From Mesotaenium endlicherianum (Eukaryota), in contig WELA01003378.1 in the NCBI GenBank assembly GCA_009602735.1, positions 189,712 to 253,711 on the forward strand: DNA of 64,000 nt. The letters run 5' to 3'. Shown here one piece after another: positions 49,399-62,651 of this stretch; the stretch's first letter is position 1; every line of letters begins with the position of its first letter. The notes beneath the pieces are model-generated. The model had not been told where the DNA came from and made no database searches. It saw only the letters and a program-made list of their open reading frames with translations. The position numbers and the translations under genes were made by a program.

Positions 49399-51096
49399 AT
49401 GACTTCACTAACTGCATTGTGTTTACAATTGAGCAGGATGACTCAAAAGTCGGAACTCAAAAGGGCGAAAGAGGCACATGCAGAATACTTGAAATTCCGT
49501 GGAGACATCGAATCATCTTCCATCTCCGCTCGGGAATCACAACGACTCCAACAACAGCGGGTGGCACAGAAGAAGAAGGAGGAGGAGGAACAGGCCAGAT
49601 TGAGGCAGGAAGAAATAGACAAAAAAGCTGCAGAGAAGGCCAAGAGAGCAGAGGAGGAGAGGCAAGCTGAGGAGAAGCGGAAGCAGCAGGCTGAAGAAGA
49701 AGAACAGAGGAGAAGCAGCAGCTACCGCTACACAGTGCTGGGCAAGGGCTTTGATCTGCTGGAGGAGGCCTTCAAGTATGCCCAAAGAAGTCGCAGCGAG
49801 TCGCAGAAGGAAATCCTCCAGAGGGAAGGGGAGACATCCACAAACTTTGACAAGTATATAGAGGTCAGCACAGGGCTCCTCCTCTTCCACGATCATGCCA
49901 GGATGGTAGGATATACAATCAGGGAGGCCAAGGCAATGGCCCAGGTGAACGAAGCAGGGGCTGTCTCGATTCCTAATATCTGGGGGGAAAGTAGGGTCAT
50001 CAGGATGATCCCCATGGACGCGGACAGCTTCAAGGACTCAACACCCCACAACAGGTTCAAGGCCATGTACAATGAGGTGGAGAGGAGGAGCTGGGAATTC
50101 TTGGCCAGGGAAACCAGCCAGCTGGACTTTGCAGGGCACTGGTACCCTTGTACTTCTAAAAGGTCAGACCCTGCCTTCTTCCAAAAGCCCACGGATTGGC
50201 GGTGGATGACCATCAACATGAGGGACCAGCAGAATGACAAGGCGACGGATGAGGATTTCCTGACAGACCTAAACGGGAACATAGTATTGCCCCCTCACAT
50301 TGCGGCTTGAGACCCACGATTGGATGGAGTCAGAGACTGCATGAGCCAAGAGATGAAGGGGGACAGAAGTAGGGCCCGAGAGTCATTCTCCAAAGGGAAG
50401 CACGCTTATGCGAAATGAGCAAGTAAGCAGGGGGAAAAGGACCTCTATGCGGTCCGGACTCAGCAACCCCCACCAGCACCCAAAAGGGGAAGGTCAGTAG
50501 GATATTCTTTTTCTCGGGAAGAGCTGGAGCAGCTGACAGAAAAGACCCCAGAAGTCTCAGAGGAACCCAGGGACGGAGAGGAGGAGGAGTCAGAGGAAGA
50601 CGAGGAGGAAGGCGAGGAGGAGGACACTAGCCCCGCCGTGATCCTGACGCCTGCCACATCCCCTATAAGGGAGAAGACGGGGTTGGCCATGCAGCAACTC
50701 GCTGAAGAGGAGGATATCACTTGGCTGGGGATCGCCAGAGGACAGACCCCATCTCCAAGCAAGGAGACCCAGTCAGACAGGGCAGACAGGAGGGCTGCTC
50801 GGGAGATTGCCAGAGGCCTGCCAGCATCTCCCTCGCAGAGAGGGCATGTACCCTTGGCTCATGTCTTGCAACATCCTTCTGGGATGCCGGTATACGTACC
50901 TGTCAGTTTGAGGGCTGCCCAGGAGAAGGCTGCCTCCCTTCAGTTTCAGATTGTGCAGGAGGAAACAGCCCAGTTATTGCATTCTCCGCCAGGTCCTTAC
51001 ACGGAACCTCCTTCTCTGACAGGCTTCAGAAGACCCCAAGACAGGAGGAGGTCTGGCTCCCCTGAGTATAGGGCCTCAGGGACATCTTCCTCTTAA
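49399..51096 (+). pseudogene. Family A extra ORF, ~565 codons in one frame, unknown function
   Basis: Only two stops (TGA 50308, TGA 50416), both TGG in other copies; N-terminal charged coiled-coil-like region, aromatic-rich core, acidic and Pro-rich tail. Confidence 0.85.
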
Positions 51097-53360
51097 GGGC
51101 AGTAAGCTAGGGACAAGAGGGAGAGCACGCTGTTGTTAGGTTTAGTGTTGTCGAGGCGACAACATGATAAGTTGGAGGGATTGTAATGAATCAGTATACT
51201 GGTCGATATAATATTCATTTAAATAATATAGTTGAATAAGTTCAGCTTGCTGAACTCTAGTTAACAATCAGTCTGCTGGACTTTATACTTAATATCAGTA
51301 TAATGACTTGGCCGGAAGTAGCAGGCTGAGGTCACCTTAAGTCAGCTTGCTGACACATTCTTTGACAGCCAGCTGACTTCCGTACTCGGTAGCAGCGAAC
51401 TGCCTCGATATGCATCTAAGTGTGGTATGCTAGATGAATGGCCAGATGACATCCCTATGATGGATGGCGATTCGGGATGATGGGAGATGGCGGTGGATTT
51501 GGTTAACCGAGGTCCTACCAACGTAGTTACTCCCGGGTAGGCGGTGCCATCGCACTGTTGAACAGTAAACTCATTCCATGTACATATGCTAGGCATTGCT
51601 CTCGAGTTCGGCATTTGGAAACGAGGCCAACTCTCTTGTACAGCATACTGAGAGAGATCTGAATCCAAGGCAAGAAGCCATTGATACACACTGTCTTCTG
51701 ACCTTGCTTATGTATGAGTTTACTGATTTGCATTATTGATGCTAGTTTACTCGCATTTGACTTACGAGTATTATTCACTGCTAGTGTATTGTCCTTTGCG
51801 GTTTAACCAGTTGACGGAAAATACCATGAAGATTACTTGCTGATATAAAGATCTTTATTAATTGTTAATCGCCTATATGGTAAGTCGATTCATTTTACTT
51901 ACTCACAAAGCTTAGCTGCATGTCGCTTTTGCCTAGACATGCTCAACTCAAACTCGTAGTCGCTCAGCATACATGCACACCTCGTGACTGTTGCGCGTGG
52001 CTGCTTAGCTTCTCAGCTGGCAGTCACGTCTAATTTGCTCATGGCTAAGAATTCCTGAGCGGCGTGTACAAGCAAATGCCACTTGCTCAAGATTCCCAAC
52101 CGGGCGGCCGTAACCTATCTTGGCATTGCGGCCATGACCTGGCTTAATCTGCCAGTCACGCAGTACCTGACTTGGTACCTGCTGGGCGGCTCATCACTGA
52201 TCCCCAGCTTCTAGCCTCGCGGCTGTCTATGCTGTCAAAACCTCCTTCATCCCTGGGTGTGGGGCACATTGACATTGACCCCTTGCCAGTGGTCTTGACG
52301 CCGACATAACCGCTGACTGCGACGTAGTCAGTCAAGTAGTCGGTGAGTCAACGTTGACTTTCCGTACCTGGGTGGCCGTAGCTTGTGTGCGCGTGCGGCA
52401 CCGTCAAACGGATAGTAGTCGCGACACAGCTCTGATACCTATGTAACATTTCTGCTTCTCAAGAGGATCTTTCCTCGGTATTCAAGGAATATTTGGTTGA
52501 AGTGGAAAGAAAATCTGTATACTTGTGCGAATTGACGAATAGTTGAAATAGCGGAAATGAAAACTCACGTAGAATGTGTGCTTGTGAGAGTTGCACTCAC
52601 AATGACTCTTGCGAGTATTTATACTTGCAAATTGTCAGGCATTGGAGTGCTTCAAGTCACCACCTACGGCACTGGTTCATGTTCAACGAAAATAGTCGAA
52701 GGGGTACGACCCGTTCGGCCGAATGCTCGAAACGCACCGTTTGGCGGTTTGGAGACTTTTCGACGGTTTCCGAAAAACCGTTTCACGCCAAACAGGCGTT
52801 TTCGCGTTTGCGCGACTTTTGAAAAGTGGCGACTGTTTGCGGAGTCGCGTACACATGCTTTGGTCATGAATCGGGAGTTATAAGTAACTACTTCGCCAAT
52901 CGGTTAGGTGTGAACGTTTCAAACGACAAGTCGCGGGTTCGAATCCGCTCGGATGCAAAGTCGCTTGCATATTATGTGTCGTTTGACTTTTACGACCGTT
53001 TCTTCGTATTAACGACTGGTCGTAAATGCGAAATCTATGACTGTGCATTATACGAAATAATGTCAATCATATCAACTTAGTCAGTTGGAGATTTATTAAG
53101 TTATTGGCTCATAATCAATCAAAGTAACTTTATGAATAAATATGCCGTACTTTTGCGAAGTAGTCGAGTTACGTTACAACGCTTTTTGCAATAGTATCTC
53201 GGTCGTTTTGCCAATCGACCAGGAATTAATCGGCACACGCGTGTGGTGAATTATTGAGTATGACTCAATCATGTATCAAATAATATGATGAATAGTATAA
53301 CGTACTTTAGGTAACTGGGAAAACGTCCCAAATACGCCTAAAATAGCTCGGATCGTTACA

Positions 53361-53953
53361 CCTTATGACTTGACCTCCGACTCTTGCTTCTACAAAGAAG
53401 CGGATGACAACCCTCTTGGAGGGCACATTGGGATCCTAAGGACCACGGGCGTTCTAGCCAGGACTTATATCTGGCCACTCATGTCTAAGCAAGTCAAGAA
53501 CTATTGCAAGAATTGTGACACATGCCAAAGGGTCAAGCCATCGTCGCAAAAGGCGGGAGGACTCCTCCACTTACAACCAATTTCGGAGAGGCAATGGACG
53601 CACTTTCCAATGAACCTTATCGTGGACCTGCCCTTGACACCTCGAGGCCATAGTGCAATACTAACGGTGGCACACAAACTTACCAAGATGGCTCATTTGA
53701 TTCCCACTACGACTACGACTACAGCACCACAACTTGCAAAACTCATCTTTGACAACATCTTCCGACTCCAAGGACTACCATCAAGAATTGTGCCAGAACA
53801 GATCCAAGATTCACAAGCCAATTTTGGAAAAAGCTCTTCAAGAACTTCGATATATCGCTGGCTATGTCAACCGCCTACCACCCGCAATCAGATGGACAAA
53901 CAGAGCGTATGAATTGTACTTCAAAGACCTCTCTAAAGGCCTACGTATTTACC
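53361..53953 (+). pseudogene. Family B-related integrase fragment (host of C1 and of an A-type LTR)
   Basis: [36 protein letters not shown] aligns with 43190-43785. Confidence 0.88.
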
Positions 53954-55250
53954 TAAAATGAATCGACTTACCAATAGGCAATTAACATTTAATAAACATC
54001 TTCATATCAACGAGTAATCCTTATGGTATTTTCTGTTAACTGATAAAATAGCAAAAGACAAACACATTAGCAGTGAACAATACTCGCAAGTCAAATGCAA
54101 GTAAACTAGCATCAATAATGCAATCAGTAAGCATAAGCAAGGCTAGATGATAGTGCATATCAATGGTTTTTCGCCTTGGATTCGGATATCTCTCAGTAAG
54201 CAGTACAAGAGAGTTAGCCTCGTTTCCAAATGCCAAACTTGAGAGCAATCCTAACATATGTACATAGAATGAGTGTACTGTTCAACGGCAAGTGCGATGG
54301 CACCGCCTACCCGGGAGTTAACACGTCGGTAGGACCTCGGCTAACCAATCCACTGCCATCTCCCATCATCCCAAATTGCCATCCACCTTAGGGGTGTCAT
54401 CTGACCACTCATCTAGCACACCACACTTAGATGCATAGCTAGGCAGTTTGCTGCTGCCGAGTACGGTAGCCAACTGACTGTCAAAGAATGTGTCAGCAAG
54501 CTAATCCAAGTCAACAGGCTGACCTAATTGACCTCAGCCTGCTGCTCTTGGCTGAGTCATTTAACTAAGTATCAAATATCCAGCAGACTTAATATTAACT
54601 AAAGTTCAGCCTCCTGAACTTATTTAAGTATTGCTTGAACGAATATTATATCTATCCAATATACTGATTCATTACAATCCCTCCAACTTAAATTGGACGA
54701 GTATTATTCACTGCAAGTGCGTTGTCCTTTTGCCGTTAAACAGTTAACGGAAAGTACCATAAAGATTACTTGCTGATATAAAGATCTTTATTAATTGTTA
54801 ATCGCCTATTTGGTAAGACGATTCATTTCACAAGGGGTGAACGCAGCAACTGGGTAGCCTGCTTTTGCACTGTCTGCAAGTTGATGGAGATCGTTCTCTC
54901 CTGTGCAGCTCTCAAACCGACAGGGGCATACACTGGCATATCGGAGGGGTGCTGCATGACATGGGCTAAGGGTACATGCCCTCTATGAGAGAAGGGTGCT
55001 GGCGGCCCTCAGGCTGCCTCCTTAGCAGCTCTTCTGTCTGCTCTGTCTGACTGAGTCTCACCTCTTGGGGTGGGACTCCTCCTGCTGAAACTCCCCAGCC
55101 ACTCGAGATCTGAATCTATGGGTGGGCTGGTATCCTTAAGCTGCTGCAGGGTTGCCTGTGCAAAGGCCCTTCCAGCCTGCTGTAGGGTGGGGGATGTAGC
55201 GGGGGTCTGTGCCTCAACAGGATTAGACTCCTCTTCAGCTGTTGTAACAG
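53954..55250 (-). mobile_element. Family A-type 3' end: LTR 53954-54676, PPT 54677-54689, opposite-orientation partial LTR 54698-54830, extra-ORF fragment 54831-55250
   Basis: Similarity to the other A LTRs and to 30000-30410. Confidence 0.85.
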
Positions 55251-56135
55251 TGACCATCGGCGGACGCTAGGCATCGACACAACTAAGCAAAACAAGTACT
55301 GACATAGCAAGGACAGGACATCGGGAGGAGTGACTCCAAGGACCAGACGAGGACTGGCTAAGCTAGGTGCTGTGGGTAAAAACCCCCCCAATTAGGGGGA
55401 AAAGCCCACAGCTTATGAACTGAAATGAATCGTCTTACCAAATACGCGATTAACAATTAATAAAGATCTTTATATCAGCAAGTAATCTTTATGGTATTTC
55501 CGTTAACTGGTTTAACGGCAAAGGACAATACACTAGCAGGGAATAATACTGGTAAGTCAAATGCGAGTAAACTAGCACCAATGATGCAAATCAGTAAACT
55601 CATACATAAGCAAGGTTAGAAGACAGTGCGTATCAATGGCTTCTTGCCTTGGATTCAAATCCCTCTCAGTAAGCTGTACAAGAGAGTTGGCCTCGTTTCC
55701 GAATGCCGAACTCGAGAGCAATGTCTAGCGTATGTACATGGAATGAGTTTACTGTTCAACGGTCAGTGCGATGGCACCGCCTACCCGGGAGTTAACCACG
55801 TTGGTAGGACCTCGGTTAACCAAATCCATCGCCATCTCCCATCATCCCGAGTCGCCATCCATCATAGGGATGTCATCTGGCCATTCATCTAGCACACCAC
55901 ACTGAGAAGCATATCGAGGCACTTCGCTGCTACCGAGTACGGAAGTCAGCTGGCTGTCAAAGAATGAGTCAGCAAGCTGACTTAAGGTGACCTCAGCCTG
56001 CTACTTCCGGCCAAGTCATTAAACTGATATTAAGTATAAAGTCCAGCAGACTGATTGTTAACTAGAGTTCAGCAAGCTGAACTTATTTAACTATATGATT
56101 TAAATGAATATTATATCGACCAGTATACTGATTCA

Positions 56136-57844
56136 TTACAATCCCTCCAACTTATCATGTTGTCGTCTCGACAACACTAACACTAATAACAGCGTGCTGT
56201 CCCTCTTATCCCCAGCCTGCTGCCCTTCGGAGGGAGGCGTCCCTGAGGCCCTATGCTCAGGGGAGCCAGACCTCCTCCTGTCTTGGGGTCTTTTGAAGCC
56301 TGTCAGAGAAGGGGGTTCCGTGTAAGGACCCGGCGGAGAACGCAGTAACTGGGCTGTTTCCTCCTGCACAGTCTGAAACTGAAGGGAGGCAGCCTTCTCC
56401 TGGGCAGCCCTCAAACTGACAGGTACATATACCGGCATCCCAGAAGGATGTTGCATGACATGAGCCAAGGGTACATGTCCTCTCTGCGAGGGAGATGCTG
56501 GCAGGCCTCTGGCTATCTCCCGAGCAGCCCTCCTGTCTGCCCTGTCTGACTGGGTCTCCTTACCTGGAGATGGGCTCTGTCCTCTGGCAGTTACCAGCCA
56601 AGTGATATCCTCCTCTTCAGCGAGTTGCTGCAGGGCCAACCCCCGTCTTCCCCCTTACAGGGGATGTGGCAGGTGTCAGGATCACGGCGGGGCTAGTGTC
56701 CAGCGCCTCGCCTTCCTCCTCGTCTTCCTCTGACTCCTCCTCCTCGCCGCCCCTGGGTTCCTCTGAGACTTCTGGGGTCTCTTCTGTCAGCTGCTCCAGC
56801 TCTTCCCGAGAAAAAGAATATCCTACTGACCATCCCCTTTTGGGTGCTAGTGGGGGCTGCTGAGTCCGGACCGCAAAGAGGTCCTTTTCCCCCTGCTTAC
56901 TTGCCCATTTGGCATAAGCGTGCTTCCCTTTGGAGAATGACTCTCGGGCCCTGCTTCTGTCCCCCTGCATCTCTTGGCTCATGCAATCTCTGACTCCGTC
57001 CAATCTTGGATCCCAGGCCGTAATGTGAGGGGGCAATACTATGTTCCCGTGTAGGTCTGTCAGGAAATCCTCATCCGTCGCCTTGTCATTCTGCTGGTCC
57101 CTCATGTTGATGGTCAAGGGTACTAGTGCCCTGCAAAGTCCAGCTGACTGGTTTCCCTGGCCAAGAATTCCCAGCTCCTCCTCTCCACCTCATTGTACAT
57201 GGCCTTGAACCTGTTGTGGGGTGTTGAGTCCTTGAAGCTGTCCGCGTCCATGGGGATCATCCTGATGACCCTATCTGTCCCCTACATACCAGGAATCGAG
57301 ACCGCTCTTGCTTCGTTCACCTGGGCCATTGCCTTGGCCTCTCCGACGGTATATCCTACCATCCTGGCGTAATCGTGGTAGAGGAGGAGCCCTGTGCCAA
57401 CCTCTACATACTTGTCAAAGTTTTCGGATGTCTCCCCTTCCTTCTGGAGGATTTCCTTCTGCGACTCACTGCGACTTCTCTGGGCATACTTGAAGGCCTC
57501 CTCCAGTAGGTCAAAGCCCTTGCCCAGCACCGTGTAGCGGTAGCTGCTGATTCTCCTCTGCTCTTCTTCTTCAGCCTGCTGCTTTCGCTTCTCCTCAGCT
57601 TGTCTCTCCTCCTCTTCTTTCTTAGCCTCTCTGCAGCTTTTCTGTCCATTTCTTCCTGCCTCACTTTGGCCTGTTCCTCCTCCTCCTTCTTCTTCTGTGC
57701 CTCCCGCTGTTGTTGGAGTCGTTGTGATTCCCGAGCGGTGATGGAAGATGATTCGATGTCTCCACGGAATTGCAAGTATTCTGCATGTGCCTCTTCCGCC
57801 CTTCGCTTCCTCTTGAGTTCCGACTTTTGAGTCATCTTGCTCAA
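56136..57844 (-). pseudogene. Family A extra ORF in A3
   Basis: Same peptides as 49399-51096, with frameshifts and a deletion near 57115. Confidence 0.85.
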
Positions 57845-58158
57845 TCATAAACACAATGCAGTTAGTGAAGTCATGATATTTTGCCGCTACGGAGTGCCCT
57901 TGATGAAGAGGGACGCGATGGGGAGAGTTCCTAGAGTGGAATACCTGGTGTGAGTGAATATAAAAAAAATTGGAGTTAGAGAGCAAGTGAGTGTGAGCGC
58001 AGGTTGAGTGTGTGATATTGTGATCAGAGACTACCACTCCCTCCAACTTAAATGTAAAGGTGGGCTGCCTGTCACAACTGTCACTAACTGTCACATCTCC
58101 CTCCAACTTATATGGAGACAGGACCTCCTGTCACCTTCCCTTGTCAACGGAAATGACT

Positions 58159-60960
58159 GTTAGGGAGGTGCCCCAGCCGCCCGAAGGTGGAACCGTTTCA
58201 ACGCCCCTTTGGCATGGGTCAGCCGATCTTTAAATTCCCAAGTGTCCCCAGAGGCATCGTAACCCTTCCATCGGATGAGGTACTTTATGACATATTTAGA
58301 CGATCGACGGACCGAGTGCAGTCTCGCAGTCTCGCTGTTTCGAGTGCAGTTACTTTGACAGTTGTGGGGATAAAAATGACCATTTTTGTCATTTTATCCA
58401 CGACTACCAGTATTGAATCATGCCCATTGGCAGTTCGTGGTAGTGAGACCACCCAGTCCATGGATATAATTTCCGAGCGTCCAGCTGGGCAGTGGTTGCA
58501 AGAGACCTCCGGGTGGTGTGTGCCGAGACTTATTTCTCTGACACTGGTCACAGGACTTGATACATTTCAAGACCTCCCGGGGTAACCCCTCCCAATGATA
58601 ATGTTTTGCCAGTTTGCCAACAGTTTTGGCCTGCCCCAAATGTCCACCCAGGAGGCTGTCATGCGCTTGACTCAGTAAGAGAGACCTTATTTCCAAGTTA
58701 TTAGGAATGACCAGCTTCAGCCTGCCTGAAGTGGTTTCAGTCACCCAGACCCCTCCCTTGAGCTTATACCCGAGTGCAGTAGCACGACACACACCAGTAG
58801 TGGGGCTGGGCTCAAATGTTGGGTCAGAAAGGTAGGCTTTCCTAAGTTGTTCAAGGAAGGACTTTTTCACCTTTAGTGAAGTGAGTGCACACAGGACTTT
58901 ATCTACAGCATGCTGACTAAAGTTCCTTTCTTGCAAGTCAGGTCTTCTAGAGAGTGCATCAGCAGGATTCAACTTCCCTGGTTTGTAGTCGATCTGGACT
59001 TGGAACTGCTCCAGCATCTGGCTCCAGCGGTTCTCCCTCCTCGACAGCTTGGACTTCTTCTGAAAGTGGGTCAGAGCTAGATGATCTGTAATCACCTTAA
59101 AAGCTTTACCATGTAAGTATGCTCTCCACTGTTTGAGTACATGAATGATAGCTAGCAGCTCTTTATCATGCACTGAGTAATTAATCTCCGCTGGATTAAA
59201 TTTCATAGACTCATACAACACAGGATGCCACTCCTGCCGTACCTTACCATCCTTTGTGGTTTTGTCAGCAGGCTGCAACAAAATAGCACCCATGGCAAAG
59301 TCAGAGGCATCAGTAACCACCTGCACCGGTTTGCTGGGGTCATACACGGCTAGCACTGGGGCAGAACAAAGGGCATCTTTAAGGGTCTGGAAGGCAGCCT
59401 GCTGCTCTTCCCCCCGCACATACCCGATGTCTTTCTTAGTAAGGTCAGTCAGTTAATTGGCCTTTGTGGAATAATTTTTAGTAAATCTCCTATAGTAGTT
59501 AGCCAACCCGAGGAAGGATCTAACTTCAGAGACAGACTGTGGTACTGGCCAGTCCCTTATGATCTGGACTTTCTTAGGATCCACACTGATGCACTCTTTA
59601 CTGACAACGTGGCCTACGAATTCAATACTTTCCTTGAAAAAATCACACTTGCTCATTTTAGCATATAAGTGATTTTTCCGCAGAGTGTCTAGGACTGTTT
59701 TTAAGTGTTGAGTGTGCTGAGCTTCGTCTTTAGAGAAAATTAAAATATCATCCAGGAAAACTTGCACAAACTTATCCAAATAAGGTCTGAAAATGTCATT
59801 CATAGCACCCATGAAGGTAGCAGGAGCATTAGTCAGTCCAAATGGCATCACGTTGAACTCATAGTGCCTATAACGTGTACGGAAGGCAGTCTTGTGTTCA
59901 TCCCCCTCAGCAATTCTGATTTGATGATAACCACTCTTGAGATCTATCTTACTGAACACCTTAGCACCAGACAGGGTATCAAGCAAGTCCTCGATTCTGG
60001 GTAAAGCATACTTGTTCTTTACTGTAATTCTGTTCAGGGCTCTGTAATCCACACACATCCGCATACTGCCATCCTTTTTCTTAACAAATAGGATGGGTGC
60101 GCCGTAAGGTGATTTACTGGGAGAAATATAACCATTTTCCTTAAGCTCTGCAATCTGTGTTTTCAACTCCTCGCTCTCCACATAAGACAAGCCATAAGTG
60201 CGTTGCCAAGGTGGCTGACTCCCAGGTAATAAATCAATCCTACAATCTACTTCGCTCTTAGGGGGTAGTCCTGGAGGCATATTAAATACATCAGTGTATT
60301 GAGCAACAATTTTTGCAGCAGTAGGGTGCTTCGGAGGGCTTACCTTTTTCTCAACCATTTCTTCAGGTTGAGGAGGTACCTCTCTTAGCCGCAGATAGAA
60401 CATTCTGTCCTCCTTCTTGTTCCAGCTTTTGACGAACTCCATCGCATTCAGCAACTTGCATCCTTCTGGAAGCCTCTTCTTTTCCTTCATTTGCCATCCA
60501 CACAGGACAAGAGGAAGAGCACTGGTGGGTGCCAAGTTAGTCTGCCCATCACTGGCTCCTCTCACTTTAACTGTACCTCTGCTCCAACACACTTCAGCTT
60601 GATGTCTATTAAGCCAGGACCTGCCTAGCACGAGATCATAAAAGCCAGTGTTGAGTACCTCAAATGTAAGCTTTTCNCTCAAATGTAAGCTTTTCAGTTA
60701 GGATTGCAATGCCAGAACCTAACTTGACCTCAATAGGCTTGGTTATAGCTCCTCTCGGGATACTTGAGGCACCTCCAAGGAATAACTTTCTATTCGCTTG
60801 GGTGATAGTAGGCAGCCTTAGCCGCTTACCTAAGTCCTTATGGATAAAAGTATGTGACGCCCCTCCGTCAACAAATGCCCTCACCTTCTTACCTGCAATC
60901 ATGCAATCATGCAATGCAGTAGGATAGGGGGGACTGTCTTTTCCTGACTTTCGCATTATT
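58159..60960 (-). pseudogene. pol: A3 pol (PR, RT, RH, partial INT, chromodomain)
   Basis: [38 protein letters not shown]. Confidence 0.93.
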
Positions 60961-61169
60961 CTCTGACTTAGCAAAGAAATGTTGGACATCAGATGGAACA
61001 AGAGCATCCAGAGTGTGCACACTCTGGACATCCATATTGCTGATGGTCTCCTTTATCTGGTTGTCAGGCATGCATAGTGAATCCAGTTCAGCAGGACCCA
61101 TAATACCTGCTACGAGGGCAGCTAGTGACGACTCACTATCTCTAGCATCCTCACAGTCAGTAGACTGGA

Positions 61170-62651
61170 TTACTGACTGTTGCTGTCTTTTAAAGGCTGG
61201 TCTTTTCTCTCGACCTTGGGCAGGTGCTTGACTGGACACTGTTCTCTGTAGTGGCCTTTCTGCTGACAATGGTAGCAAGTGGATTTTGCTGAGGCTGGTC
61301 TCGGCTTAGTCCTACCACCACCCCTTCCATAGCCACCTCGAGAGGAATCACCTCTACCTCTAGACTGAATAGCATTGTACTCATACTCATATTCATCATA
61401 TCCCTGATGATCCTCAGCCTGGTCTCCTTCAATTGCATTGTAGGAACCGTGGGGCTTTTGGACAATCTTAGACACCAAAGCGTTGCTCTGGCGCTTGTGA
61501 TTGAACTACTGCTGATCCCAGGCGTCAGCATCGTGGATCAAGTTAGCCAGTTTCTCATACTTTTTCTCAGCAAAATGACCAGAGACCTCGGATTTCAAGC
61601 CATACCTGAAGTATGCTATCCTATACCGTTCTGGCAAATCTGGCTGCTTCATCATGTTCTCTTGGAACTTTTGAGCAAACTCAGCAACTGAAGTGGTCTG
61701 CTTCAGTGTCGGGGAGATCATCGCATAGATAGCTTTCTTCTGCTGGTTGATGACATCAAACTTCTCATGCAACTTCTTGACAAACTCTACCTACGTAGGG
61801 TCACCGAGTTGCCGAGCCTTACGCTCTCCCTTCCAGTAAAGCCACCAGTCTGCGGCACTGCCTTTCAGTAGCGCACCGGTGTGCCTGACCTTCTTGTAAT
61901 CTTGGAGTTCTGGGTAATTCTCCAGCCACTGCTCAACATCCGCGAGAAACTTGATCAAGTAATATTTTCTGTTCCCCTCAGGATCATATTGCTGGGGGGG
62001 TTTTGGCTTGGGCTTACTTGGCCCTCGACCACCACCACTAGTGGTGTGAGACCCCAGTTGGTCTCTGTCCCGGAGTAGGGACATTATGATTCTTTTGTCC
62101 TCCTGCTGGGACTGATACATGGTCGCCATTTGCGACTACATTTGAACGAACAATGCTCCCAAGTCTACACTCTGGGGTGGTAGTCTAGCAAATGCAGCAG
62201 CAGCATTGGCATCTACTCGCTGAGTAGTGTCCTCAACAGTCCCTCTCGCTCCTGCAGCAGCAATTCCTGCCGCATTCAGCCGGTCACGTATTTGACCTAG
62301 GGGTACGTTGAGTTGTACAGCGAGGGGTGGGTTCAGAACATTGGCCCTTGATGCCATGAGTTCCTCGACAATGCGCTGGTCAGCTGGCTGTCTTTCCCTC
62401 ATTTCTGTATCTTTCGCGGCCTTTGCTACTTGTTCAGCTTCTAGCCTGGCTCTCTCCTCCTCAGCTTGCTGAGCTGCGACTGAGGCAATAGCAGCTGCCT
62501 CCTCTGCAGCCTCCCTAGCTGCATAATCTGCTACTGCTTCCGAGTAGGTACGGTTTCCCGCTACATGGCTTTCCGCCTGGTTTTCGACATTCTCGTTATC
62601 CTGGTTCTCCATGTCTCGGGAGTTGCTAGTTTGAGACCTTGTCCTTACCAT
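61170..62651 (-). pseudogene. gag: A3 gag
   Basis: MVRTRSQ...; LKQTTSVAEF; zinc knuckle CYHCQQKGHYREQC; in-frame TAG stops at 62136, 61791 and 61506. Confidence 0.9.

Larger units (their letters stand above)
47199..51897 (+). mobile_element. Family A copy A2, internally deleted, nested in the C1 leader
   Basis: 5' LTR 47199-~47437 fused to the RNase H end; 3' LTR 51182-51897; PPT 51169-51181; TSD CTTAG/CTTAC (the uninterrupted site in C2 reads GTGCTTAGTCAC). Confidence 0.92.
34107..53360 (-). mobile_element. Family C copy C1: DNMT-bearing Gypsy (5' LTR 52442-53360, leader, gag, PR, DNMT, long linker, RT); hosts B and A2; 3' part deleted
   Basis: LTR TGTAAC...GTTACA (919 bp) with adjacent PBS; the internal sequence rejoins across the TSDs of the two nested elements. 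Confidence 0.88.

Noticed and set aside
60659..60695. Direct duplication CTCAAATGTAAGCTTTTC around a single N, causing a frameshift in the A3 protease
   Set aside because: Most likely an unmerged contig overlap rather than biology.
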